A DNA stretch of 57,837 nt, counting the filler, from Diploschistes diacapsis (taxonomy: Eukaryota): assembly GCA_023645945.1 (NCBI GenBank). It is 5 parts of 5 records of this genome, joined end to end, with 100 filler letters (N's around TTAATTAATTAA, not from the genome) between each part and the next. Parts side by side here need not be neighbours in the genome. Positions count along the whole stretch, not along the records: positions 23,182 to 34,670 come from JALAIB010000829.1; positions 34,771 to 46,258 come from JALAIB010000830.1; 3 more parts are not named here. One strand, 5' to 3'. The stretch's first letter is position 1. Each line of letters starts with the position of its first letter. A program made the position numbers and the translations under genes. The notes under the pieces are model-generated. The model had not been told where the DNA came from and searched no databases. It worked only from the letters and a program-made list of their open reading frames with translations. Shown piece after piece: positions 25,215-36,296 of this stretch.

Positions 25215-26472
25215 ATGCCCCGACCTCAACTGCCGGCACTCGCGAGATATCAGCTCATATCCTCGGAAGAAGACCTTGGGTCCATTCAAGACCAATCAGT
25301 CCGAGACTGCAGGGAGCATAAGCCTTCGACAGCGCAGAGACGCTTGTTTTTTGCTTGTTTTACGCTTGGCTTGCTTGCAGTTATTTCCATTTCGTTCAAC
25401 TTCGGCATCTTCACCTTTAGCAGATTGAAACTCGGCACTTTCGACTTTCAGAGCACCGCATGTGATCAACCGGCATTCCGCCGGGAATGGAGAAGCCTGA
25501 GCGTGTCAGAGAGGCTAAACTATATTGATTCGGTGCAATGCTTACGGACTCGACCATCGCGGCTCGGTCTCAATCAATCGCTGTATGATGACTTCCCATA
25601 TGTTCATAATCAGGAAAACGGCAAGAACCCCCCCTACACCTCAAGCGTGGCGACCAATTGATGCTGACTTACTTTCCCAGCACATGGTGCCGCCAAGTTC
25701 GTGGCATGGCATCGATACTTCTTAATAGTATATGAGAAAGCTTTGCAGCAAGAATGTGGTTTGCAAGGCTTTCTACCGTGAGTCTACTGGTGTCCCAGCC
25801 AAGTGTTTGAGAGAATTGACACTGGATCAAGGTATTGGGATTGGACCCTAGACTGGCAAGACGTAACTAAAGCCCCTGTATGGAATTCCGAGATTGGCTT
25901 TGGGGGCAATGGCGATCCTCAGGCAGGTGGGAGTTTGCTCAAGGGTCATTGTGTAGTAGACGGGCCGTTTGCGATGCTTCAGGTTTCGTATGTCAAATCG
26001 GATAGAAGACCGCACTGCCTTTCTAGGGGATTCGCAGCGCTCGAGAGACTACATGAGCTCGGCGAACTGATCAGACCGGATGCTATCGAAAACCTGTTGC
26101 GCGAAGAAAGCTACAATGCTTTCAACCTGGGGCTAGAGTACACGGCTCATAATGCCATACCAAGGAGCATCCAAGGCGATTTCCTCGTACTGACTGCGCC
26201 CTATGGTGAGTAAATCACCGGTGCCTCTTGAGTGGACTGACTCGACGACAGATCCCGTCTTCTTCTTGCATCACGCTCAGCTTGACAGGCTATGGTGGAA
26301 ATGGCAGCAGATGTCTCCGGAAAGGAAATGGAAGTACGATGGAGTAGCGACCGTCGATTCTTCTGAATTAGCATCGACCACTAACTCGTTGGGACTGGGG
26401 GAGCTTGCACCAGGGGTGCAAGTCGCAGACATTATGGATACCAACAATCGGCAGCTATGCTACATGTACTGA
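25215..26472 (+). CDS. Membrane-anchored tyrosinase / type-3 dicopper protein, UstQ/PhomQ-like architecture (4 exons)
   Basis: N-terminal TM anchor (LFFACFTLGLLAVISISF); C..P.FRREWRSLS..ERLNYIDSVQCL; YDDFPYVH..AHGAAKFVAWHRYF; PYWDW; GFGGNG; CVVDGPF; AHNAIP..IQGDF..TAPYDPVFFLHHAQLDRLWWKWQ; LCYMY*. Introns 25621-25680 (GC-AG), 25778-25831, 26206-26251. Confidence 0.9.
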
Positions 26473-26883
26473 ATGTTGCCTTTGCGTTCCTCTGAAAGGA
26501 CCGGCCAAGGCGCAAGTATACGTCGGGGCTTAAAATTTCCCTGTGCAAATGCAATAATTCTGTATACCGTCCATACTTTTACCATTCTACCCCCATCGAT
26601 ACGATAGGGACGCTCTCTTTACCCCCGTCCCAGTACACAGGCCAATGCCAATTTACAAGATGCCTTCCCTACGTCTGGTAAGCCTGCTCATCCTGCTCAT
26701 CCTCTCAAGCGGCTCGCCTCGCTAATCTGGATCATTTCCCAGTTCAGGCTGCAGAGCTCAAGGCTTTCTATGTTAAGAACCTTTTCCGTATATCCGACGT
26801 AATCCCTGTGTTTAATAACGCTCCCTACAATTCTGCTCCCAGAACAGTTTTGTGCCTCATCCTGGGTTCCAATTCAAGTTGTC

Positions 26884-27410
26884 TCACCTTGGCTTGGGGG
26901 TTCGTCCACAAGTTACCATTCCTGGGTTGGCTGTCGGAAATGGAAATGCGTTGTCCATCAACCACTCAAAGTCAATCATCAGGCAGGGGTCGTCGAAGAA
27001 AAAAAGGCAAAGGCCCTGCATCGCCCGAGCGTATGAGCAATTCCAGAAGCTGGACGGATTGCCCGGGGTTCGAGCGCGTTGTCGTTGAATCGGACGACGC
27101 CACACCAGGCACCGCACGGAGCCGCTCCCCAGAGAATATACACCGGTCCGCCTGGTTGCTCGCGTTCGTGGAGCCGATGGAAGCGACTTCGGTCGGCGCA
27201 GGCCCAGAACCTTCCGACAGCGAGCTAGCTGTCCGCATGGGCAAACGGTAAGGTTGGAATCTGCAGTCGCGCAGCCCGCTTTGTGGTAGACGCTGGCGTT
27301 CGAGCCGAAGTGTTGACGGGCATCAGGGAGTATGGATCGGTCGGGGGGCATGGCAGGATTCCGGACACAAGCGCTACGAGGACTGGTATTGTAGTTTTGA
27401 TACTATGCAA
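26884..27410 (-). pseudogene. Possible degenerate small secreted Cys-containing protein gene
   Basis: Signal-like TTIPVLVALVSGIL begins at TTG rather than ATG and is out of frame with the downstream Cys-containing ORF 27351-26884. No family recognised. Confidence 0.25.
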
Positions 27411-28138
27411 AGGGTGTGCTTGTAGTGCCTGTGTGGTTTCGCTATATGTATATATCAGTTTAGTTCAATACTGGCACAAACCAGTATTGTTCGTCTTTTG
27501 GCTATGTGGCCTGGCGGTACTTGAACTGGCGCTTTGCAATATCCACCTGGTGCTCCAATCTGCACGAGATGATTCTGTGGGTTATTAATATGAGACACGT
27601 TGACACTTCGACCAGGATACAGAGTTCGAAGGCACTCATTGGTGGGAGTCAGAATTCTGCTTCCTTTTTTCCCCTACCAAGTTCACCTTTCAGCCCTACA
27701 TGATCGCACTTTGTCCTATTCCCATTCCCTGGATAACTGTTTCTTTGCAAGTTCTTTATATGCAGAATTTCGGGATTGACCAACCATAGTCTACTTCACC
27801 CTTGCTGCCCCCTAGAAAAGAATAACGATCGAGCCAATGAATGGCAGTCTCGACGCCAGGCTATCTGCACGTTCACGTTGTCAGCCTTGCCTCACATCGA
27901 TGCCACCATGGATTCCATTAGAACGACCGGGCTCGGCAGATGTTTATCGATGAAAGCGGCCCGGAAGGGATGGCTCGGAACGTAAAGAGGGTTTTATGGA
28001 CCGGAGATTATCATCGAGCATGGGTTGAATGTCCCTACTTAAAGATGCATCTGATCCAGCTCTTATTCTCCCACCTATTAGTCTCAGAGCTTGTACAAAT
28101 TCGTGAAGTCCAAGTAACCCTACTTTGAATCCCCTAGC

Positions 28139-31100
28139 ATGCCCCAGAGAAGCAACTTCTCTGCCCAGATCTGGGAGGAGCATAAGGCCAAGATAATAGA
28201 CATTTTCCAGCAGAAGAGCCTCAAAGATGTGCAAGCCTACCTCGCAGCTCATGGCTTCAAACCAAGGTAGGTTTGACAATATGCCTATGCGTAAACTCAG
28301 CAATAACTTCGTGAAGCACGGGACAGCTGGTACGTCAGCTCGATACTTGGGGGATCAAGAAGAGCCTGTCAGAAGCACAATGGAAAAGCATCGCCCATTA
28401 CATCAAAGCTCGCTCTCGCCTAAAGAAAAGAACGAATGTTATAGTGAGAGGCCAGCCAATAGACGATCGAAAACTTACCAGGGGGATCTCTCGGCATACT
28501 ACAGCAACCTACACTTTCCTGCCATTAAGTATCCATAATACAACCGACTGCCTGGAAGCCAACTGACACAGTCAGGTCCCTCACCTGAGCCTATGCAGGA
28601 TGTGCAGTTCGTCACGCCACTTGCCAGTCCACTTCTCGATGCAGCCGGCGCAATCACCACACCCATCTCTCAAACACAGCAATTGCACCATCTCCTTCCT
28701 GTAGGCCAATCCTTAGGCGATGGCATTGACAACTATGTACGGATCCACAATCTGCCCTCCGTACTCTTCGCAAAAGGAATGGCAAATTTAGGTTCGTCCA
28801 ATCATGGCCAAACCAGACTGAAAGCTTACTTTAGAAGTCGATAGGATGTCTGAAGGTGGCGCAGAAGACGGTACGGTCCTCGATGGAAGCTCCACTAGTC
28901 AATTGGAAACGATTGCCTCGCCGCTTCATAATATCATGAAGCACTATAGTGCAACGTTGCAAGACAACTATTTGTTCAACCAGCTTGATATTCTGCAGAC
29001 ACGCTTGAACCTATTCTCGATCGATGACTCCACAGACCGAATTGGGGTAGGGTCTGTACCGCTATGTATCCAATCTCATGCTACAGGAGCCCGACAGCTT
29101 CTCGCTTTCCTGGTTCATCTATCCTCCAACGGCATGCTCGAACCTCGACGGGATGAATCATTTAGCTACCTCATCGAGGGCTTGCAGGATGTTGATCCCA
29201 TCAGCGACTTTTTGACTTTCCTCATCGACCATGATCAAAGGTGGATTCTTTCCGTTGTGCTCACCATCAAATCACCAGCAGTGAAAATGTTCGCTGGCAA
29301 AGCCCTTTCGGTCGCCGTGCGACTGCAAGATATACGGATCGTTCGCCTTCTCATTGGGTCGGAAACGCCTCTGAACATGACTCTAAAATCGCGTAAGAAA
29401 GGTGGTGTGGAAGTTCAGGCTACTCCGCTCCACGAGGCCCTCCGACAAAGACACAAGCCTCTGATCAAGATACTGCTGGAAGCTGGAGCAGATGTCAATG
29501 GGTGTTATATGAATAGCTTCGGCATAACAGAGACTCCGCTTACACGATTCCTTCAAATATGCTGTAAAAAAGGACATGCTACTGACATTGATATCGAGAT
29601 AGTCCATATGTTATTGACGTGGGGAGCAGAACTTCATCCTACTGACACTGGTCTACTGACACCTCTCCAACACGCAATTTGTATTAACAACAAGGAACTC
29701 GTCCAGCTCATCCTACGATATGATCATAACATCAACTTGAGCAGAGGCCCTGGTTATCCGTCGAGTATCCAGATAGCGGCTTACGCGAACAACTTTGAGC
29801 TAGTTCGGTTTATGTTCTTAGGAGGAGCAAACATCAATTGCCCTGCCATCGTGACTGGAAATCGCGTAGGCGGCGTGTTTAAACTTGGAAGCCCTTTGCA
29901 ATCAGCAGTAGCCTATCAAAACTTGGAGATGATAAACTTTCTGCTTGAGAATGATGCAGAATTCGAGGGTTCTACGGTGGAAATGATGGCGGGGGAACAT
30001 GGAATCCTCCGCCACGGAATTTGCTGCTATGATTGTTTTACACAACCTGCATTATCTACGCCTCTCTCCGAAGCCATCAAGAGGGAGAACATGGAGATTA
30101 TCTCTCTTCTATTGAGCGCTGGGGCCTCTCTAAATCATGACTGTAAACCAGCACTGCCGTTTGCAGCTCTTACCGGGAACACCACCTTATGCAGAGCGTT
30201 GATCCAAAAGGGCGCTGACCCTAATATCTCGACCAGGGACGAATGGCTCGAGACTTTGACTGGGTCCTGGGAGTTCATAGAAGCGGAGCACCGTCCTATG
30301 ACATCCCTCCAAGCGGCGGCAGCGTCTGGCTCCGTCGAGCTGGTCAGAATACTTCTCGAAGCCAAGGCGGATGTCAATGCTCCAGCAACCGAGCCCAGTG
30401 GTTATACTGCACTCCAAATGGCTGTGAGACATGAGCATGACGAAATCACATCCCTGTTGCTTCGTCACAGCGCCAACGTCAATGCAGATGCCAGCAACTT
30501 TGGTGATAGTGCACTCACGCTTGCTATAAAGAAGTCAAATACCCGGCTCACCAAGATATTTCTCGAAATGGGAGCTGATCCGGACTACATGCCTACGCGT
30601 TACGGGTCCCTGACGCCGTTACAACACGCAGTGCGGAGCCAACAGCTTGATATAGTCCAGTCTTTAGTCAATGCCGGAGCCTGCCTGAATATAATCAGCG
30701 ACACTTTGCCTGTTCTGAGCCAGTATTATCTTACTGGCGCAGCGTTGCCCTTGACTATACTGTACGGTCTTCTGGAGATACAAGACTATCTTTTACGATC
30801 AGGCGCCCGTTTCATGCTAGCAGACCTTTTAACGGCTGTTCATACAAACGACATCTCCATGGTGCGGTTGGTCCTAGACAAGCGCAAAGAGCAGTCATCG
30901 CCTTTCAGCAGTAATGAGCTGGGGCTCGTGCTTGGACATGCCATCAGTGGGGTTGATTGTAAGCTAGAGATAGTTAACCTGTTATTGTTGGATGGAGCAG
31001 ATATCCACCGTGGTTCTTCGTCGTGCAAAAGTCCACTCGCTATGGCAATAATGAAGGGGTTTGAGGATGCCATCGATCTGTTGTTGACCCAGGAGCCCAA

Positions 31101-31614
31101 TCTTGCTTGGACATTTAAGGGACAGGAGCCACTTGTCGCACTCGCAGCTAAAAAGAATGATATAGGTCTTGTCAGACGACTCGTTAGCTTAGGGGCCGAT
31201 GTTAACGCATGCTCTATGGGTGAGTTTCCCGCGGAAACACCGCTTTACCATGCCTGCTGGAATGACAACATTGAGCTGGTGGAGCTTCTAATCGAGCATG
31301 GCGCGTTCATTGACGGCATACCAGGCGAGTCATCGCCACTCCAAGGAGCAGCAGCCAGCAGGCACCCGTCAGGCCTCGCAATTGCAGCTTTGCTGATTGG
31401 AAAAGGAGCGAAGGTCCATTCTCAACACGACGTGTGTGGATTCACTGCACTGGTTAGTGCTGCCAGAAAGGAAAAACTAGATATGGTGCAGCTGCTGCTC
31501 GATAACAGCACCGATGCCGAGGAGCGTAGAGAGGATTGCCAGCTGGCATTGAAAAAGGCCAGGACGGAACACAATAACATGGTGATCTTTGAGATGCTGG
31601 AACAGCACATCTGA
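28139..31614 (+). CDS. Clr5-domain plus ankyrin-repeat protein (4 exons)
   Basis: ATG 28139 gives WEEHKAKIIDIFQQKSLKDVQAYLAAHGFKPS..QLVRQLDTWGIKK (Clr5-like). Three GT-AG introns join it to the 922-aa ORF with many ankyrin repeats (TPLHEAL..LLEAGADVN, TALQMAV, TPLYHAC). Confidence 0.85.
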
Positions 31615-32597
31615 ACTTCGCTACTAACGGCAGTCAATTACCGCAAGGCGCAAAAGTTGACGATGTTGTCAGAGAAAGCAAGGGCTTCGATGTATCGGCC
31701 GTAAACAATCACTGACCACGTTTCTAAGAGCTTAAATGAAGAGCATTTGGACTTTGGTCTTTTAGTTGCTGACGGAGATGAGTTTCTATGGAAAGCGGAT
31801 TGATCTAGGATGCACCGAAATGCAATGCGAGTAACAACCCAGCTATATATTTTCGTACTGCAGATAGTCTTGATGAACGATGCTTCTTGCAGATGTCCTA
31901 CCCCAGTCACGAAAGATTCCCGTCATACTTTGCTCCCTGCATTGCATTCTGGTAATTTGATATTCCGATCTAAATTGTGCTTGTGGAGCCCGCCTGGTTC
32001 GCAGCGGCTATTTCCTACCGTGGAATAGTACCTGTTTGTTACTTCAAGCTTTGAATGTCAGATATAGCCCATCCATATTTGAGCTTCTTTGTTGGAGGGC
32101 TTTGCAGGTTTGGATCAGGACTGCGCAGTAAAGGCAAGTACCTAACTATCAGGACGGTGTTGCATAATAATACCGCTCAGGATTTTCGCAAACATTAAAG
32201 AATATATAAGGTATAGTGGTCGGCATTCCCATGGAAATTTCTTCTTTGAGTCACGATAATATTGGTCCAGTCTATATTGGCATCCCAGGTGACAGACAAT
32301 ATTCAAATTCGGCACTGGCCCCGTCCGAATTCAAGTCCGTGTCCTGTCAGAACCATATATGAAATTCCCTACGACTGTTCTTCTACCAATACTCTGGCGC
32401 GCATTCATGGTTTCTTGTACCAGGGTAGCTGAGCCGGACGCAGAGAGACCACGTCAATGCGCCCTTGACTCACCCCCTATATATACTTTGCTTTTTTCCA
32501 GTCCTATCCTGTTTCCTTTCTCTTTCTCCTTCTCTTTAGCTTTCTCTTGTCTGAACCTGCTTCGTACGGCCCCCCCGTTGCGTAGCTACTTTCGTTC

Positions 32598-32818
32598 CCA
32601 ACCTTGCTTGACACTCCTGTCGCTGCAGAGCTTCGTCGTTACCAACCTTGCTTCGTACAGCCTTCGCTGCAGAGCTTCTTCGCCTCCAACGTTACTTCGT
32701 ACAGCCTCTGCTACAAAGCTTCTTCGCTTCCAACGCTACTTCGTACAGCCTCTGTTGCAGGGCTTCGTTGCATCCAACCTTGCTTCACACTCCTGTCGCT
32801 GTCCGAACTTCTTCGTCT
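32598..32818 (+). repeat. 44-bp tandem minisatellite, 5 copies plus a degenerate upstream copy
   Basis: Units start at 32598, 32642, 32686, 32730 and 32774, consensus about CCAACcTTgCTTCGTACAGCCTcyGCTGCAGAGCTTCtTCGcyt. Confidence 0.9.
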
Positions 32819-32836
32819 CGAACCGAAGCATTAGCC

Positions 32837-33655
32837 ATGTCTTACCCTCTACTAGCAGGCTTGGAACATTCCATGCACGCCCCCAAGATGGATGTGCAGC
32901 AGACTCGTCCCGCCTCTCGCCCTCTACGAGCAGGCTTACAAAAGTCCACGCACCCCTCCAGCAGAGACATACTCCAAGCGCCGGAAAAACCCTCGCCCGT
33001 CCCATCCGCGACCAAGCCCAATGAGGCCGAAAAACCGTCTCTCATCTCCTCCACACCTCAACCCAAAGAACCCGAAAGACCCGACCATCCCCCCTGCGCC
33101 ATCTGCCAAGAAGACTTCCGCCCCACCTCCACCATCGCTCAGCCCTCCTGCCACCCAACCCACATCTACCACCACGACTGCTTCATGGAGTGGCTGAACA
33201 CGTCCCTGGACATGCACACGAGCTGCCCCTCTTGCCGCAAGGAAATCAAGCTCGCCTACATCGGCCACTTCGACGCCAGGACGGGGCTGATGCGCCAGGG
33301 CGTGCGCGAGGTGCGGTGCTACGACGTCAGCATCGAGACGCTGGAGCTGTTCACCGACGACGAGGCCATGCAGACGCTAAGGGTCGTCCCGGAGGAGATG
33401 GGCCTCAAGGGCGGCGACAGGATGCGGGACATGGCGGGCGAGTGGGACGGCATTCTGGGCGACGGGCCCTACTACATGTACGCGGAGCCGGGCGATAGGA
33501 GCCCGGAGGTGGGGGACGAGTGGGAGGGGAGGCAGATCGTCGTGGTGGAGGAGGTGGGCGTGGAGATTCGGAGGGAGAGGAGGTGGACGGAGACGCTGGT
33601 TTCGAGGAAGCCGGTGCGGAGGAGCGGACCGGCTGGGAAGAGGGGGAGGGTTTGA
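32837..33655 (+). CDS. RING-H2 finger protein (putative E3 ubiquitin ligase)
   Basis: CAICQEDF...PSCHPTHIYHHDCFMEWL......SCPSCR. First ATG after the minisatellite is at 32837. Confidence 0.8.
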   Translation: MSYPLLAGLEHSMHAPKMDVQQTRPASRPLRAGLQKSTHPSSRDILQAPEKPSPVPSATKPNEAEKPSLISSTPQPKEPERPDHPPCAICQEDFRPTSTIAQPSCHPTHIYHHDCFMEWLNTSLDMHTSCPSCRKEIKLAYIGHFDARTGLMRQGVREVRCYDVSIETLELFTDDEAMQTLRVVPEEMGLKGGDRMRDMAGEWDGILGDGPYYMYAEPGDRSPEVGDEWEGRQIVVVEEVGVEIRRERRWTETLVSRKPVRRSGPAGKRGRV

Positions 33656-34318
33656 GAGAGGAAATCGATCGATCGAGGGAGAAAGCCCTCATTGGGAAGT
33701 CGGGGGGTGGTGGTGTGGACATCTTGGCTCTGTTCTCGCGCGCTTCTTGGCAAGGCCGTCGCTCGGGTTCTTGCTTTTTGCCAATCGGAACCTTGCTCGA
33801 TCAAGCGAACCCGGGAGAACTTTCTCACCTCGTAGCGATAGTCCGCCCGGGTGGGGGGGCCGGGGCTTGTATGAGGATATCGGGTCTCGGTGTTGGCAGC
33901 CGTGGTATATGAGATCATGGGATAAACTCGACTTTCCGACTTTTTCGAACTTGCGGCTTTTACGACTCGGCGACTCTGCGACTTACGGGGGCTTGTTTCG
34001 CTTCACACCCTGCCCTTTTTGCGCGGCTTCCCATGATCAACCTGGGCTTGATTTTTTTGTTTATTTTTTTTTGGGAATTCTGGCGGGCGCCGAGCCATGC
34101 GCTTCTAACTTGGAGGTATTTACTTGGGATTGTATAGCGTTGTTTCGGATAAATTGGGTGGTGGAGAAGTGCCCAGCGCTATTGTTTTACATGGGAAGGT
34201 TTACTCGAAGCAAAAATGTCGGCGGCGGTTTTTTTGGTTGGGGGCAGTTACTGTGTATAATCGGCTCAATTCGTCCCCGTGCATTAAAGCAACGGGCTTG
34301 GTTGAGAGAAGCCAGCAG

Positions 34319-34345
34319 CACACATACACACTCACACACACACAC
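34319..34345. repeat. Imperfect (CA)n microsatellite
   Basis: cacacatacacactcacacacacacac. Confidence 0.7.
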
Positions 34346-34670
34346 CTACAACACATAATCGGAATAGAACTTTGGATCATTAAAATTTTAAAAAAAAGAA
34401 GACCTCTTCCTCATGTTCTAGCTCTATATTTCCCACAATCTTTCCGGCAGACAGAACATGCGCAAGCAAACGGAAAAACAGCGAGTAGAGTAGTAGCAGT
34501 AGCCGTTACAAGAAGACCTCCAACGCAGCTCAACGCAGCCCCAGCCCCATCCCAATTAAGTATTGCAACCGGGCACAAAGCACTAAGATCGCTCCCCCCC
34601 ACAATTGGTATCTCTCTATCCATCATCTAAAAAACCAACCCTGTCTTCCGTCCCACATAATGAATTCCCC

Positions 34671-34770
34671 NNNNNNNNNNNNNNNNNNNNNNNNNNNNNN
34701 NNNNNNNNNNNNNNTTAATTAATTAANNNNNNNNNNNNNNNNNNNNNNNNNNNNNNNNNNNNNNNNNNNN
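34671..34770. other. Artificial contig spacer
   Basis: 100-bp N run with TTAATTAATTAA linker. Confidence 0.98.
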
Positions 34771-35142
34771 ACCCACCTCTGCCCCCACCGCTTCCCCCGC
34801 ACCGCCGAGCCCTTCGTCTTCCTCCGCTCCTCGCCCTCCTCCTGTCCAGCCTGCGACCGCACGGAAACCCAGATGCGCATCGGCGCGGTGCAGAAGAACC
34901 TCGACAGGCTCTTCGTCAAGAAAATGAACGAGGTCGAGCGGCTCAATGCGGAGCTGATGCTACTCCGGGCCAAGCGGTCGGAAAAGGAGTCGGAGCAGAA
35001 GCTGGTGCGGGAGAGGTTGGTGGCGCTCGAAGCGAGGAGGGGGAATCTGCTGGCAGAGATGAACGTGGTGATGATAGATAGAGAGAGGGTGGAGGGAAAG
35101 GAGAAGAAGAATTTTGCGGGGAGGTGGGAGGTTGGGCTTTAG
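34771..35142 (+). CDS. 3' end of a hypothetical protein (Cys motif followed by coiled coil)
   Basis: Open from the contig start: THLCPHRF...SCPACDRTETQMRIG... then a heptad-like E/K/R-rich segment. GC3-rich codons. Confidence 0.55.
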   Translation, partial: THLCPHRFPRTAEPFVFLRSSPSSCPACDRTETQMRIGAVQKNLDRLFVKKMNEVERLNAELMLLRAKRSEKESEQKLVRERLVALEARRGNLLAEMNVVMIDRERVEGKEKKNFAGRWEVGL

Positions 35143-36296
35143 GCTTTAGGAGTGGATGGGTGGGAAGGTGAGTGAGAGGGTTGTCTCGGCTGTGGTAGGA
35201 GCTAGGCAGGAAATATGTATCTTGAACCATTGGTCTGTTTCAAGCATCGTCTTTCGTTTGCTGTCATTGTTTATTTCCGTGCTTGTAATTGAGGTGCTCC
35301 TCGATAGCTTGTCTCAACACGTGTTTGCTTTCTTCGTGGGTCTTTGAGTGCCCTGAATGAACGAAGGTCTGGGGAGCCAAAGCTCGAGGCGCTTATTAAG
35401 TAGTATAATTTTTCAATTGTGTTCAAAGCTCTTGGCCTAGATATAGCCCAAGTCATACCACAAAATATCTACTACTTACTTAAATTAGCATCATATCGAG
35501 CTTACTCATACAGGAACCGAGCCTGCCGAGCAAGCTGATTGCTTGGCTCCGAAGGGCTTTAACGCCTTCATATTCATTTTTACAGTTTTTATTCATTTAC
35601 AGTTTTGAAACCATACGTGTCGTGGAAACTCCTCTATACTATTTGGCGTCCCCATAATCGCACTGTCTCAGAACCTGCAGGAGCATTTTTCATTTTGCAG
35701 TCAACCTCCAGTTGGGAGATCATAAGATGGGATAACCAAAAGTATTATGGGGTCAGCGACGCGTAACTGGTGCCTCTAGTCGATGTGACTTTCCTCCATT
35801 TGGCGTTGCGAACTCTGACCGCCGCCCGGGCGCTAAGACGCAAACGGGGGCAGGCGGCCCCCATCCCCCTTCAAGTTCGAGTTCCCCCGTTGACCATTTC
35901 CGCCAACGCTCGTATGAGGTGTGCCAATCCCTTGCCAAAGCAAGTTTTGGTTGCCCCCTGTCTGCGCCCAGGAGACTCTGTCCAACAACATCATCATCTC
36001 TTTCACCGTTGCTGTCTATCGACTCTCAAAACGCACCAATTCTGTGCATCGTCCTCATCTGTGTACAGCAGCTGTTACGCATCCTTTGACACCAGCACTC
36101 CCTTTTGCATTCGATATTTTGACAATAAAGTCATCAGTGACAAGCAGGCTATACGAGACAAAGGACTCCGCATCCCGACATCCATGGCAGCGAACCTATC
36201 GTGCGACTTCCTTCATCGACTCTAGATCTATAGGTCGTCCGTGCGACCATAGCGATATTGTTTGGCTTTCGGTTTCCAGCAATACGCTCAGCAAAA

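Noticed and set aside
12386..26472. Hybrid PKS-RiPP-tyrosinase gene cluster
   Set aside because: The spacer at 23082-23181 separates the PKS contig from the KEP/tyrosinase contig.
32598..32818. CRISPR-like array
   Set aside because: Eukaryotic DNA, contiguous diverged units with no unique spacers, and no cas genes.
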